Shown here piece by piece: positions 1 to 9,471 of a DNA stretch of 64,000 nt. The DNA lies in the NCBI GenBank assembly GCA_963663385.2, contig CAXXXD010000001.1, positions 96,001-160,000 of the forward strand, read 5' to 3'. Within the stretch, counting starts at the first letter, position 1. Each line of letters opens with the position of its first letter. Source of the DNA: Oceanispirochaeta sp. GTDB taxonomy: Bacteria > Spirochaetota > Spirochaetia > DSM-2461. The notes below the pieces were generated by a model. It ran no database searches, had not been told where the DNA came from, and saw only the letters and a program-made list of their open reading frames with translations. Both the position numbers and the translations under genes were made by a program.

Positions 1-1
1 G

Positions 2-604
2 GGAAATCCGGATCTGCTGCCCGAAGAGAGCTTTAACTGGGATGCAGGCCTGTACCTTACCCCGCTGACAGGTCTGGAGATTTCGACCGTTTACTTTCAG
101 AGCTATACGGAGAACCTGATCCAGTGGCTGCCCACCGCAGGTGGAACCTGGCGACCCTCCAATATCGGCCGGGCGGAGGGATCAGGCCTGGAGAACAGCC
201 TTTCCTGGCTGATCCCCCTGAAAGAGAAAGATCTTATATTCATGGAGCTTTCCGGAAGCTACAGCTGGATGAATATGATTGATAAAACGGCAGATTCGAT
301 CAATACCGGAAACCGGCTGCCCTACAGGCCTCTTCACAGCGCCTCCGGATCCTGCTCCCTTACCAGAGACAGCCACAGCCTGACGTTCAGCGGCCGTTAT
401 ATGGGACAGCGCTTTACCAATATGGCCAATACCAAAGATCTGGATCCGGTTCTTACCTTTGATACAGTTCTGAAACTGGTATTTGATTCGGGCTTTTACA
501 GCTCCTTCTCCCTGCTGAATATGGGAGATATCCAGTACATTGACAAACTGGGCTACCCCATCCCCGGACGGGAGTGGTCCCTGAAAGGAGGCTACCGCTT
601 TTGA
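2..604 (+). CDS. TonB-dependent outer-membrane receptor, C-terminal part (BtuB-like; 5' end outside window)
   Basis: Frame open from nt 2: GNPDLLPEESFNWDAG... (typical TBDR GNPxLxPE motif), amphipathic beta strands, ends PGREWSLKGGYRF with C-terminal Phe; tonB nearby. Confidence 0.88.
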   Translation, partial: GNPDLLPEESFNWDAGLYLTPLTGLEISTVYFQSYTENLIQWLPTAGGTWRPSNIGRAEGSGLENSLSWLIPLKEKDLIFMELSGSYSWMNMIDKTADSINTGNRLPYRPLHSASGSCSLTRDSHSLTFSGRYMGQRFTNMANTKDLDPVLTFDTVLKLVFDSGFYSSFSLLNMGDIQYIDKLGYPIPGREWSLKGGYRF

Positions 605-1980
605 AAAGAGTCAGCCCTGTACACACAACATTAGTCCTTTTATCTCTGCTGTTTTTTTCCTGTGAAGAGGAGATAAAAACCGACTATCAGAGCTTTATGG
701 ACAAGGATTACCCTTCGGCTCTCTTGGTTCTGAATGGAGAGGCCGAGACCATCAGCGCCTACAGTGCAGAGGATGACAAGGTATATAAAAACCTGCAGCT
801 GGTGGGGCACAACGGTACAAGCGAAGCCTGGCCGGCTGATATGGTACAGTCCGGGGACAGCCTCTATGTGGTCTGTTCGGGACAGAATTCCATAGAGAAG
901 TATAACGCAGAGACTCTGGATTATGAGGGAGAGATCTACCTGAAAAACGGGTATAACCCCATGACCCTCTGTTTACTGGAAAACGGGACAAAAGCCGCTG
1001 TAGCCGGATATGAATCGGATGAGATTGTTGTGGTGGATCTTGCCGCCATGACCAGGCTCTCCGGCTATATACCGTCCTTTGAGGAAATTGCTCTACCGGC
1101 GGGAAGTCACCGGGAGAGCCGGATATCTGAAAGTGACAAAAATGCTGTAGGAGAGAATCACAGCAGAGGGACAACCGGCCTGGCCGTTTCCGGAACTGTT
1201 CTGTATGCGGGGAATGTCCGTTACGACAGCAGTATCCTCCTGACGGATTCAAACGGAAACCTGATTAGCTACGAAGGCTCTGATGCCAGGGCCGCCGGAT
1301 ATTTCCGGGAAGGGACCCTCAGCGTTTTCCAGCTGGGAGACAACTTTGCCTCCGCCTCCCTTATCCGCGAAATCAACCTGCAGGAACAGTTCGAAACTCT
1401 GGGAGGCACCCCCTACTTCCCCGGTGACGGCCTGAACCCCCAGTCCCTCTTTGTTCTGGAGGGGAAATTGCATATTATCTGCACGGGAACCAACGGCGGT
1501 TCGGCACGAACCTACACCTCCGGCGAATATATCCCGAATGGGTATAGCGAGGGAAATATCGTCCCGGGAACCGATCCGGATGACGGGGTTGTTCTTGTCA
1601 TGGACCTGACAGATCCCCTGAATCCCGGCCTTGAAAAAATCATCTCTATAGGCGGTTCCCCCTCGGGATTCCGGGATTCTGCAGATACGGCGGGAAAAGT
1701 CCTCTACCTGGCGGGAGTGGGCGGAATCCAGTCCTATAACTATGCAGCGGAAACAGTACTCAGAGGATCGGACAATACCATTCTGGCCGGCAGCGATCCT
1801 TCGACGGACTTCTACTCCCATGTTCTCTACAGTTCAGGACGACTCTATGTTTCGGATTACACCCATGACAAACTGAATATTCTGATTGTTTCGGATAACG
1901 GTACGAATTACAGTTATGAACTGGCGGAATCCCATACCATAGGAGATGGACCGGGGGCTTTGACGGTTATGACGCGGTAG
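601..1980 (+). CDS. YncE-like beta-propeller lipoprotein (BtuG-like surface binding protein)
   Basis: TTG start overlaps the receptor stop (TTGA); signal peptide ending LLFFSC (lipobox-like); repeated propeller-blade motifs (LYVVCSGQNSI, LYVSDY, TIGDGPGAL). Confidence 0.7.
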   Translation: MKRVSPVHTTLVLLSLLFFSCEEEIKTDYQSFMDKDYPSALLVLNGEAETISAYSAEDDKVYKNLQLVGHNGTSEAWPADMVQSGDSLYVVCSGQNSIEKYNAETLDYEGEIYLKNGYNPMTLCLLENGTKAAVAGYESDEIVVVDLAAMTRLSGYIPSFEEIALPAGSHRESRISESDKNAVGENHSRGTTGLAVSGTVLYAGNVRYDSSILLTDSNGNLISYEGSDARAAGYFREGTLSVFQLGDNFASASLIREINLQEQFETLGGTPYFPGDGLNPQSLFVLEGKLHIICTGTNGGSARTYTSGEYIPNGYSEGNIVPGTDPDDGVVLVMDLTDPLNPGLEKIISIGGSPSGFRDSADTAGKVLYLAGVGGIQSYNYAAETVLRGSDNTILAGSDPSTDFYSHVLYSSGRLYVSDYTHDKLNILIVSDNGTNYSYELAESHTIGDGPGALTVMTR

Positions 1981-1997
1981 AGAGTTTAAAAACCAAA

Positions 1998-2204
1998 CCT
2001 CCCCTTTCACCTCCTCAGGAGGGGGATAATCTCCTGTGTCCCCTTTTCTCAGGAGGGGAATAGTCCGTTTTGCCTGTTTATACAAAGGAGAAAATGAAAA
2101 CTATGACTCCCCTCCAACCCCACTCAATCTCCCCGGAGGGGAGACGTCAATTCGGTTTCCCTCCCTTGGAGGGATTAAGGGAGGCCGAGGGGTTGGGGGA
2201 GGTC
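1998..2204. repeat. GC-rich palindromic, REP-like intergenic element with nested hairpins
   Basis: CCTCCT-C-AGGAGG and CCCCTTTTCTCAGGAGGGG hairpins; outer stem 2105-2121/2189-2204 enclosing TCTCCCCGGAGGGGAGA and CCCTCCCTTGGAGGG; lies between convergent genes. Confidence 0.6.
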
Positions 2205-2226
2205 TGGATTAGGTGAGGATTAGCCC

Positions 2227-2964
2227 TTAAATCAACCGGAAAGAAAAAGTCTTCCAGACCTGGACAGATTCTTCCCTCCGGGGGAAACGCCACCCTTTTT
2301 TCACCGTATTGAGAACAGCTTTATCCAGGAGCTCATGACCGGAACTCTTTTCAAGGATAAGGGATTCCACTTTCCCCTTTTTGTTTATCACGAAAGAAAC
2401 GGTAACATCCCCTTCCCACTCCATCCGCTTTGCCTGAGAGGGGTAGGAGGGAGGAGGCATTTGAGCCCTGCCGGAAAAATCCAGGGAATCCAGCTTCTGA
2501 CCTGTAAACCCGGCAGACTCGACAGGTTCGTATTCCTGTGAGACAAATTCTTCTCCCTGTCGGGTAGGGTCGATTCCGGACTCTGCAAACCCGTCGTTCT
2601 GCAGAACAGGTGCATTTTCAGCCATAACCGGTTCGCGTCCCTGTTCATCAGCTTTGATTTCGTCTACAACAGGACCTCTATCTGATTCGACAGGTTTGTC
2701 ATTCTGCGGGGCGGTCTCCACTTTCTGTATGGCCGGTACCGGAATCTGTGGCGCCGGGAGGTCTTCACTGATCCTCTCCGGCCCGATTGTTTCTGGTTCC
2801 CCTATAACCGGAGGGGCCGCAAGAGAAACTGAGAGAACCGGCAGGGACTCAACTGCTTCCAGAAAGGAAAACTTCAAATTCCTGTCCAGAACGAACAGGG
2901 CAATGCTGTGGAGGAGAACGGAGAGTATAAGGGCATTTTTAAAGATTTTATTCCGGGTATGCAA
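2227..2964 (-). CDS. tonB: Energy transducer TonB
   Basis: N-terminal TM with SxLLH, Pro/Glu-rich linker, C-terminal YPxxAxRxxWEGxVxVxFxI...SSG..LLD.A TonB_C domain. Confidence 0.9.
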   Translation of the reverse strand: MHTRNKIFKNALILSVLLHSIALFVLDRNLKFSFLEAVESLPVLSVSLAAPPVIGEPETIGPERISEDLPAPQIPVPAIQKVETAPQNDKPVESDRGPVVDEIKADEQGREPVMAENAPVLQNDGFAESGIDPTRQGEEFVSQEYEPVESAGFTGQKLDSLDFSGRAQMPPPSYPSQAKRMEWEGDVTVSFVINKKGKVESLILEKSSGHELLDKAVLNTVKKGWRFPRREESVQVWKTFSFRLI

Positions 2965-3085
2965 AAAATTATCCTGTCAATAAGTTCCTTAGTATAAACG
3001 GTTAAACCTTTTCCTCCAATAGAAGAGCCTTTGATCTTCCGGAAATCCCCTTGAAAAAAACAGATTTTTACCCTGTAATGTTTCT

Positions 3086-3724
3086 ATGAAGAGACGTCCT
3101 TTCTTTTTCCTGTTTATTCTATTCTGCCTGATTCAGCCGCTGACCGCCCATCCCCATATGATGCTCACCAGCCGCTGTGCCCTTCACTTTGAAAACGACC
3201 TTATCAAGGGGATTAAACTGGAATGGGAATTCGATAAGTTCTTCAGTGCGGATATCCGTTTCTCTTTTGATGCTGATAAAAACGGGACTTACGATAAAGA
3301 CGAAACAAATGAAGTGTACAAGTTCGCCTTCAGCAATCTGGAAAAATACAATTACTTTACCTTTTTCCGTGAAAAGGATCACCGTTTTACTCCGGACAGG
3401 GTTGAGGATTTCAGTGTCTGGAATATAGACGATGAAACAGTAGCCTACAGCTTCTACATTCCCCTGAACAACTTTACAGGAAATGAATTGAATATTGCCG
3501 TTTATGACTACAGCTTTTTCTGCAATGTCAGCTATGACGAGAAAAATCCCGTTGTCCTGGACATGACCGGCTGCACGGTTAGCCCGGAGTTCAAACTGGC
3601 CGAGAACAGGGACTACCCCGTTTATTACGATCCCTTTGCCCCGGCATCGGATCTTTCTCTCCATGACAAGTGGCGTCCCGGACTGGAGACATTCTACCCG
3701 ACGGAGATTCAGATTGAATTCTGA
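3086..3724 (+). CDS. DUF1007-family periplasmic metal-binding protein
   Basis: Signal peptide followed by AHPH motif, W-x-FD motif; paired with downstream Ni/Co transporter. Confidence 0.75.
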   Translation: MKRRPFFFLFILFCLIQPLTAHPHMMLTSRCALHFENDLIKGIKLEWEFDKFFSADIRFSFDADKNGTYDKDETNEVYKFAFSNLEKYNYFTFFREKDHRFTPDRVEDFSVWNIDDETVAYSFYIPLNNFTGNELNIAVYDYSFFCNVSYDEKNPVVLDMTGCTVSPEFKLAENRDYPVYYDPFAPASDLSLHDKWRPGLETFYPTEIQIEF

Positions 3725-4604
3725 TCTGTATAGAAAGCTGATCCTTATCGGCTTTATCATTCTGCTCCCCGGACTGTACATCGGAGCCAATCCTTTTCTG
3801 GGTTCTGCCGAAGAGCCGGCGGCACAGGCAGCCAGCTCCGGTCCCACACCGGAAGGACTGGCTGAAAAACAGCTGGACTTGAGGAACCGGATGGGCGACA
3901 TCCTGATATCCCTTAAAGAGGGACACTCTACCCGTTTGCTGATGGTATTGTACGCACTCTCCTTTCTTTACGGAGGGCTTCATGCTTCCGGTCCGGGGCA
4001 CAGGAAAACCATAGTATTCTCCCTTTTTCTCAGCCGGGAGGCAAGAATATGGGAACCCCTGGGATTCGGTTTTCTTCTGGCCCTGCTCCATGGAGGAAGC
4101 GCGGTTCTGCTGATCCTTTTCTATAAGTCTACAGCAGGTCCCCTGCTTTCCCGGAATCTCAATGCGGCCACACTGCAGATGGAGGGCTGGGCTTATACAC
4201 TCCTTCTGGCACTCTCCCTCTTCCTGCTGGCAGGAGCGGTCCGTCATGCCGTAAAGGGACACAGTCACAGGGAGTCAGAAAAACGCTCTCTGATGGCTAT
4301 TGCCCTTACAGGATTTTTCCCCTGTCCGGGAGCAATTATGATTCTGATTTTCACCCTGACCCAGGATCTTCTGGGCATGGGAGTAACAACAGTCCTTATC
4401 ATGTCCGCCGGGATGGCCCTCCCCATCAGCCTGGCCGGCTACCTGGCGTACTTCGGGAAAAAAGGTGTTTTTACGGCGTTAAAAAACAGGGAAAAACTAC
4501 TGCATAAGACTGCTACCGGAATGGAAATGGCCGGATACTCTTTCCTGCTGGTTTTTTCATTTGTAATGGCTCTTCCCTTTTTAAGAGGGATGATACAGGT
4601 TTAA
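3714..4604 (+). CDS. Nickel/cobalt transporter (RcnA/NiCoT-like)
   Basis: YGGLHASGPGHRK and FFPCPGA motifs, multiple TM helices; start probably TTG 3714 (ORF track starts 3636). Confidence 0.8.
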   Translation: MNSDLYRKLILIGFIILLPGLYIGANPFLGSAEEPAAQAASSGPTPEGLAEKQLDLRNRMGDILISLKEGHSTRLLMVLYALSFLYGGLHASGPGHRKTIVFSLFLSREARIWEPLGFGFLLALLHGGSAVLLILFYKSTAGPLLSRNLNAATLQMEGWAYTLLLALSLFLLAGAVRHAVKGHSHRESEKRSLMAIALTGFFPCPGAIMILIFTLTQDLLGMGVTTVLIMSAGMALPISLAGYLAYFGKKGVFTALKNREKLLHKTATGMEMAGYSFLLVFSFVMALPFLRGMIQV

Positions 4605-5932
4605 TCAAAAACCTCTTCTTCCCTTTTCTCTTCCCGTTCCTCCAGAACAAGATCGTATAGGGTGTGTTCCTGGTTCACCAGGAATCCGATGACCGCTGCA
4701 AGTCCGGCTGGAAGGCTGTAATACATCCCGAAAAGTTCAATGGTAATAATAGCTGCCGCTATGGGTGTATTCATAATGCTGGAAAAATAACCGGCGAATC
4801 CTGCTGCCAGAAGGGCGAAGTACTCAACCGAACCGAAGGGGATGGCAAAGATCTCCGCAAAACCCGCTCCCAGGAGCAGCCCCATCAGAATAGCCGGCCC
4901 CGCAAACCCGGCGCTCATCCCCGAACCGACCGTAAAGATATTCCCCATCCCTTTTAAAATAAACATAACAAAAAGGATCTGCAGAATAGCCGTGGAATGG
5001 GGCAGGTTCCCGTACAGGGGAACCCGGGCTCCCGAAAGGATGGCCGTAAACAGATCCTTACTTGTCCCCATAAGAGCGGGATTGACAAAAACAACCAGGG
5101 AAGCGACCAGAGACCCTGTCATCATATAAAAGGTCCGTCTGCAACGGGAGGTTTTATGATTCCGCCTGAACAGGCGGGATATCCCCGAATAGGAGAGTAT
5201 AAAGACTTTTCCGATAAACCCTGCGGCAAATGTTACAACCAGAAGGATCAGCAGCAGGTCCACATCCATGATGCCGTGAACTTCCGGGAATTTGATTATG
5301 GGGTCCAGCCCCAGGTGCCGGGCGAAAAAAACACTTGAAGTACTGGCCAGAATAGCCGGAAACATCTGCTTGTAGCGCATATTGGTTTTATGAATGATCT
5401 CAACCGCAAAGATTCCTCCCCCGATGGGACTGTGAACCAGGGCTCCCACAGCCGCAGCCATGCCGCAGATGGGAAAGACATGCTTCAATGACTCGGGGAG
5501 AATCCGTTTTGTCAGGATCCTGCCGATAAAGGACATGACACCGGCGCTCATACGGCCGGCAGGTCCCAATCCTCCGCCGCTGCCGAACATCCCCAGGGTA
5601 ATCAGTGCTGCAAAGAACTTAAACACAGTCTCCCGGAAGGAGAGGTAGCCGTCCCCCCTCCGGATACACTCAAGGTAGGAGGGGATTCCCTCTCCCATAG
5701 CTCCGGGAACCAGATTATACACAATCAGCCCCACAGGAACAGTACCCAGAACAGGCCAGAGAAAGAGAGGCACCTTCCTGAACGATAGAAGAATGGCATT
5801 CAGATTATCAACCAGGCTGAACAGCCCATGAATACACAGATTCCCCACAGCCCCCGCCAGAACGGCAATAAAGGACCATTGAATGAGATACATCAGGGAG
5901 ATCCGGTCTTCTCTATTGTATAGGTTCAGCAC
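4601..5932 (-). CDS. ClC-family anion channel/transporter with atypical signature residues
   Basis: ClC architecture: GEGIP, GGLGP, CGMAAAVGALVHSPIGGGIFAVE, GMSAGFAGP, NTPIAAAIITIE. Confidence 0.85.
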   Translation of the reverse strand: MLNLYNREDRISLMYLIQWSFIAVLAGAVGNLCIHGLFSLVDNLNAILLSFRKVPLFLWPVLGTVPVGLIVYNLVPGAMGEGIPSYLECIRRGDGYLSFRETVFKFFAALITLGMFGSGGGLGPAGRMSAGVMSFIGRILTKRILPESLKHVFPICGMAAAVGALVHSPIGGGIFAVEIIHKTNMRYKQMFPAILASTSSVFFARHLGLDPIIKFPEVHGIMDVDLLLILLVVTFAAGFIGKVFILSYSGISRLFRRNHKTSRCRRTFYMMTGSLVASLVVFVNPALMGTSKDLFTAILSGARVPLYGNLPHSTAILQILFVMFILKGMGNIFTVGSGMSAGFAGPAILMGLLLGAGFAEIFAIPFGSVEYFALLAAGFAGYFSSIMNTPIAAAIITIELFGMYYSLPAGLAAVIGFLVNQEHTLYDLVLEEREEKREEEVFD

Positions 5933-6064
5933 AAGAGAAATTGTACTTGGAACAAAAGGAATAAGCCAGCAGGTTTTTTTATTTCATAATGCTCGCTGAG
6001 AAATTATATCGGAGGATTCGAAAAATCAAATCCCTCTGCCCTATAATTAAACAGGAGGAAACCT

Positions 6065-6877
6065 ATGGAATCCAGCGAAATCATTATTGAAACAGTAAAT
6101 ACCGACAACCTTATCCCCTACTGCTCCTGCCTGGAGGAGTGGTCTCCTGAGATAAAGGAAGCGGGAGATCTGAAATACCGCTGGTATGAGCAGATGAAGG
6201 AAAAGGGATTGGGTGTTCTGATTGCGAAAAACCCACGGAATGAACACGTCGGGATGATTCAGTATCTGCCGTCGGAATACACCAATGTACAGGCTGATAA
6301 TACCTATCACATTTTCTGTACCTGGGTACATGCCTATAAAGGGAAAGGAGTAGGAGATCAGCGGAACAAAGGCATTGGAAAGGCTCTGTTGGAAGCCGCG
6401 GAAGCGGATATCCTAAGCCGTAATGCCGCAGGCATAACAGCCTGGGGCCTTGGCATACCGGTCTGGATGAAAGCATCCTGGTACAGAAAACAGGGATATG
6501 TAAAAGCCGATAATAACGGGATAGCGCTTCTGATGTGGAAGCCCCTGAAGAGGGATGCCCCCAAACCAGTCTGGCGGAAACCGGCCGAATCCCTGACAGA
6601 TCCGGGGGAGAATGATAAAATCAGGGTTCTGTCCCTGATTAACGGGATTTGCCCCGGCTCCAATATAGGACATGAGAGAATAAGAAAGATTCTCAGTGAT
6701 TTCGGCGGCAGGATAGAATACGAGGTACGGCATACCCGGACATCGGAAGAAATCGAAAAATGGGGCATTATGGACGGGCTTTATATCAACGGAAAAGCTG
6801 TTCCCCTCGGACCTCCGCCAAAAGAGAAGAAATTACGAAGGATCCTGGAGAAAGAAATAAAAAAGATGAAACTCTAA
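6065..6877 (+). CDS. GNAT-family N-acetyltransferase (YoaP-like C-terminal extension)
   Basis: Acetyl-CoA motif QRNKGIGKALL, WYRKQGY; AGGAGG RBS. Confidence 0.8.
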   Translation: MESSEIIIETVNTDNLIPYCSCLEEWSPEIKEAGDLKYRWYEQMKEKGLGVLIAKNPRNEHVGMIQYLPSEYTNVQADNTYHIFCTWVHAYKGKGVGDQRNKGIGKALLEAAEADILSRNAAGITAWGLGIPVWMKASWYRKQGYVKADNNGIALLMWKPLKRDAPKPVWRKPAESLTDPGENDKIRVLSLINGICPGSNIGHERIRKILSDFGGRIEYEVRHTRTSEEIEKWGIMDGLYINGKAVPLGPPPKEKKLRRILEKEIKKMKL

Positions 6878-7185
6878 AAGGTTTCTTCAAGCCTCCGGTC
6901 AAACCGGCTGTATAGTTTACAGCAACCACAGCCATACCGCTCTCTCTGAGGCGGTGCAGAAAGGGATCAAGAATCCGAATCATACTCTTATCACCATGCA
7001 GCCAGGATCCTCCATGTATAAATACAAGCACGGGAGATAACTCTGAATTGTAGCTGCCGTATATTACCGAAGCAGGTTTCAAGGGGTAATAAATATTCAG
7101 CTTATACTCATGATAAGGAAAAACCGTTTTATAGGTAACATCTTCCAGAACGACTCCTTCGGGAGAGTCCAGGGTATCGATTCCT
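6878..7185 (-). pseudogene. Truncated alpha/beta-hydrolase (esterase/lipase) N-terminal fragment
   Basis: Reads ...EDVTYKTV...KLNIYYP...PVLVFIHGGSWLHGDK...VVAVNY; in-frame TAA immediately upstream; no GxSxG half; runs into the convergent GNAT gene. Confidence 0.6.
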
Positions 7186-7254
7186 TATTTATTATTCACT
7201 ATTATATCCTGATTTTTCCAATCTATCCGGACAATTTCCGTATTCCACTCTATA

Positions 7255-8478
7255 ATGGAACACATGAAAACAAGTTCATTTAATACTCAACGTTTTGCAG
7301 TAAGAGAGCTCCTCCCTGTCCTTATGCTGCTTCTCCTTTCCGGTCTGGCGGAACTCAGCCCGGTATACGGCCAGTCGGCGTCCCTGTCTCTGGCCCTGCT
7401 GCCCTTTGAAAATATGAACAGCAACCCGGAACAGGACTACCTTAAAGGGATAATCAGCTCCCTCCTGGAAGAGGATCTGACCAGTTCCGATGCCCTGCAG
7501 ATTGTGGAAAGGGACAGCCTTGAAGAAGTTCTGAAAGAGCAGAAACTCCGGATGACCGGACTGATGGATGACAAAAACGCCCTGGAGGCGGGACGGCTGC
7601 TGGGCGCCTCCTATATGCTCAAAGGGGAATTTGTTTTTCTGGGCCAGGATATTTTTATCAATATTACTTTAATAGAAGTGGAAACCGGCAGGACCCGGGC
7701 CTTCTCCAAACGGGGGTATCAGGAAAACACGGTTCATGCCCTGTCGGAAGAACTGGTTGAACATATGACAGGGAACGCCCTGTATTTTCAGAATCCCGAG
7801 GGAGAAAGGAGCATACTGGCCCTTCTGCAGCAGGAACCGGGAACCGTGGAACTGTTCTCCTACATTGTTGATGCCCGTGTTTATATAGATGAGGAGTTTG
7901 CGGCCTACACAACAGGAGACAGAACAGTTCCCCTTGTTCTGACAGTTGCCCCGGGAAGGCATACGATCCGTCTCCATCTGTCCAAAGATTTCGGAGTAGT
8001 CAAAATGCCTGAAATACTGTTTTCCGACTGGCAGGAGGATTTTGAACTCCTCCCCGGTGAAAAAATCATACTGGAAGATAAAACAGCCCACTTCAATGGT
8101 ATTATCTACGACCTGCAGCAGATAATCCGGGATGAGCTGAAACTGAACCCCAAAGAAGAGTCCCTGCTGACTGCGGAACATTCCGGAAGTTTTGTCGATA
8201 GGGACGGTAAAACAATCGATATCGATTTACAGATAAGATGGGAAAAAACCGAATCCCCCGAACAGGGAGGGAAAGCGACGGTCCTGCTGGTCTATAACGG
8301 AGAGGAACACAATTACGAATACTTCAGTCCCCAGGGGGAAGATCTGGATATCGAGGAGACCGTGGGAAAAGTAAAACTGGATATGGAACTGGAGTGTCGC
8401 AGCGAATGGTACTGGGATCTGGATTATGGAATCTGGCGGACCGATATCTACCAGGGACTGCACAGGGAGGAGTACTGA
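7255..8478 (+). CDS. Exported protein with CsgG/HfaB (TolB-N-like) domain and PEGA-like domain
   Basis: Signal peptide; LALLPFEN...VERDSLEEVLKEQKL...GRLLGA.Y motif; ARVYID..F beta domain. Confidence 0.7.
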   Translation: MEHMKTSSFNTQRFAVRELLPVLMLLLLSGLAELSPVYGQSASLSLALLPFENMNSNPEQDYLKGIISSLLEEDLTSSDALQIVERDSLEEVLKEQKLRMTGLMDDKNALEAGRLLGASYMLKGEFVFLGQDIFINITLIEVETGRTRAFSKRGYQENTVHALSEELVEHMTGNALYFQNPEGERSILALLQQEPGTVELFSYIVDARVYIDEEFAAYTTGDRTVPLVLTVAPGRHTIRLHLSKDFGVVKMPEILFSDWQEDFELLPGEKIILEDKTAHFNGIIYDLQQIIRDELKLNPKEESLLTAEHSGSFVDRDGKTIDIDLQIRWEKTESPEQGGKATVLLVYNGEEHNYEYFSPQGEDLDIEETVGKVKLDMELECRSEWYWDLDYGIWRTDIYQGLHREEY

Positions 8479-8481
8479 ACT

Positions 8482-9324
8482 CTACTCCTGATGAATCCGG
8501 GACAGGCTCTTCCGGTACTCTCCGGGTGGCATACCGTACTGTTTGGAGAACAGTTTATAAAAGTAGTTCAGATTCCCGTATCCCAGAGAGAGGGCTATAT
8601 CGAGAACGGGGGTATTGGAATGCTCCAGCAGCAGACAGGCCCGTTTCAGTTTCTGGTCATTCAGCCAGCTGGAAGGGGTGGTCTGCAGATAGCGCTTGAA
8701 ACTGCGGGCCAGATGCTCGGGAGAACGCTTGCAGATTCCGGCCATCTCCTTTGTCGTCAAACCGCTGTCCAGCCGTTCCCGGGATTCCTCCAGAAGAGAC
8801 TCAAGCCATCCGGGAAGGGTGTGTACTGTATGCTTTTCCTGCGGTTCGGAGAGATCGGCAATAAGGGTTGTCAGGACTTTCTGAAGCAGAAGATCCCCGT
8901 AGGGAGTTTTCTGATAGAGAAAAAGCTCGTCCAGACCGTTCATCAACCGGGCCCGTTTGCTGGGAGGAACATTAAGATTCAATCCCCCGCCGGGAGCAAG
9001 GTTTCTGTAGGCATTCCCCAGTTCCGGCTGGGACAGAAATGCGTCCCAGTCTTCCACAGGAAGGATCAGATTGTAAAACCCGAAAACCCGGCCGTATAAA
9101 CGGTGATACTCCTCCTCTCCCACTGAGAAGAAATCTCCGGTTTTGGCCGGGTGCTCTCCATCGTCCAGAACATGGGTCAGGGATCCCTCAAAAAGATAAT
9201 AAAATTCAAAGACCCTATTATGCCTGTGACGGGGAAAAGACCAGCCGTTGTGGGTTCTTATCCTGTGAAGGATATACCGGAAGGGACGAATATCCTCTAA
9301 CTGTACAGTGACAACTTTGTCCAT
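8482..9324 (-). CDS. AraC-family transcriptional regulator (ChbR-like)
   Basis: N-terminal cupin (HRH..FE), C-terminal double HTH (SPEHLARSFK...GYGNLNYFYKLF...PGEYRK); divergent from GH1. Confidence 0.9.
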   Translation of the reverse strand: MDKVVTVQLEDIRPFRYILHRIRTHNGWSFPRHRHNRVFEFYYLFEGSLTHVLDDGEHPAKTGDFFSVGEEEYHRLYGRVFGFYNLILPVEDWDAFLSQPELGNAYRNLAPGGGLNLNVPPSKRARLMNGLDELFLYQKTPYGDLLLQKVLTTLIADLSEPQEKHTVHTLPGWLESLLEESRERLDSGLTTKEMAGICKRSPEHLARSFKRYLQTTPSSWLNDQKLKRACLLLEHSNTPVLDIALSLGYGNLNYFYKLFSKQYGMPPGEYRKSLSRIHQE

Positions 9325-9471
9325 AAGGTTATTATCATCTAAAACATCAAATAATTACAACAAAATATCATTCAACTTGAAGAGGAAATCAAATAGAAAG
9401 TGATTTAATACAAACATAGAATAAACAGCATGCTGAAACAGACAGATAATATTCCCGAAAAGGAGCGCATA

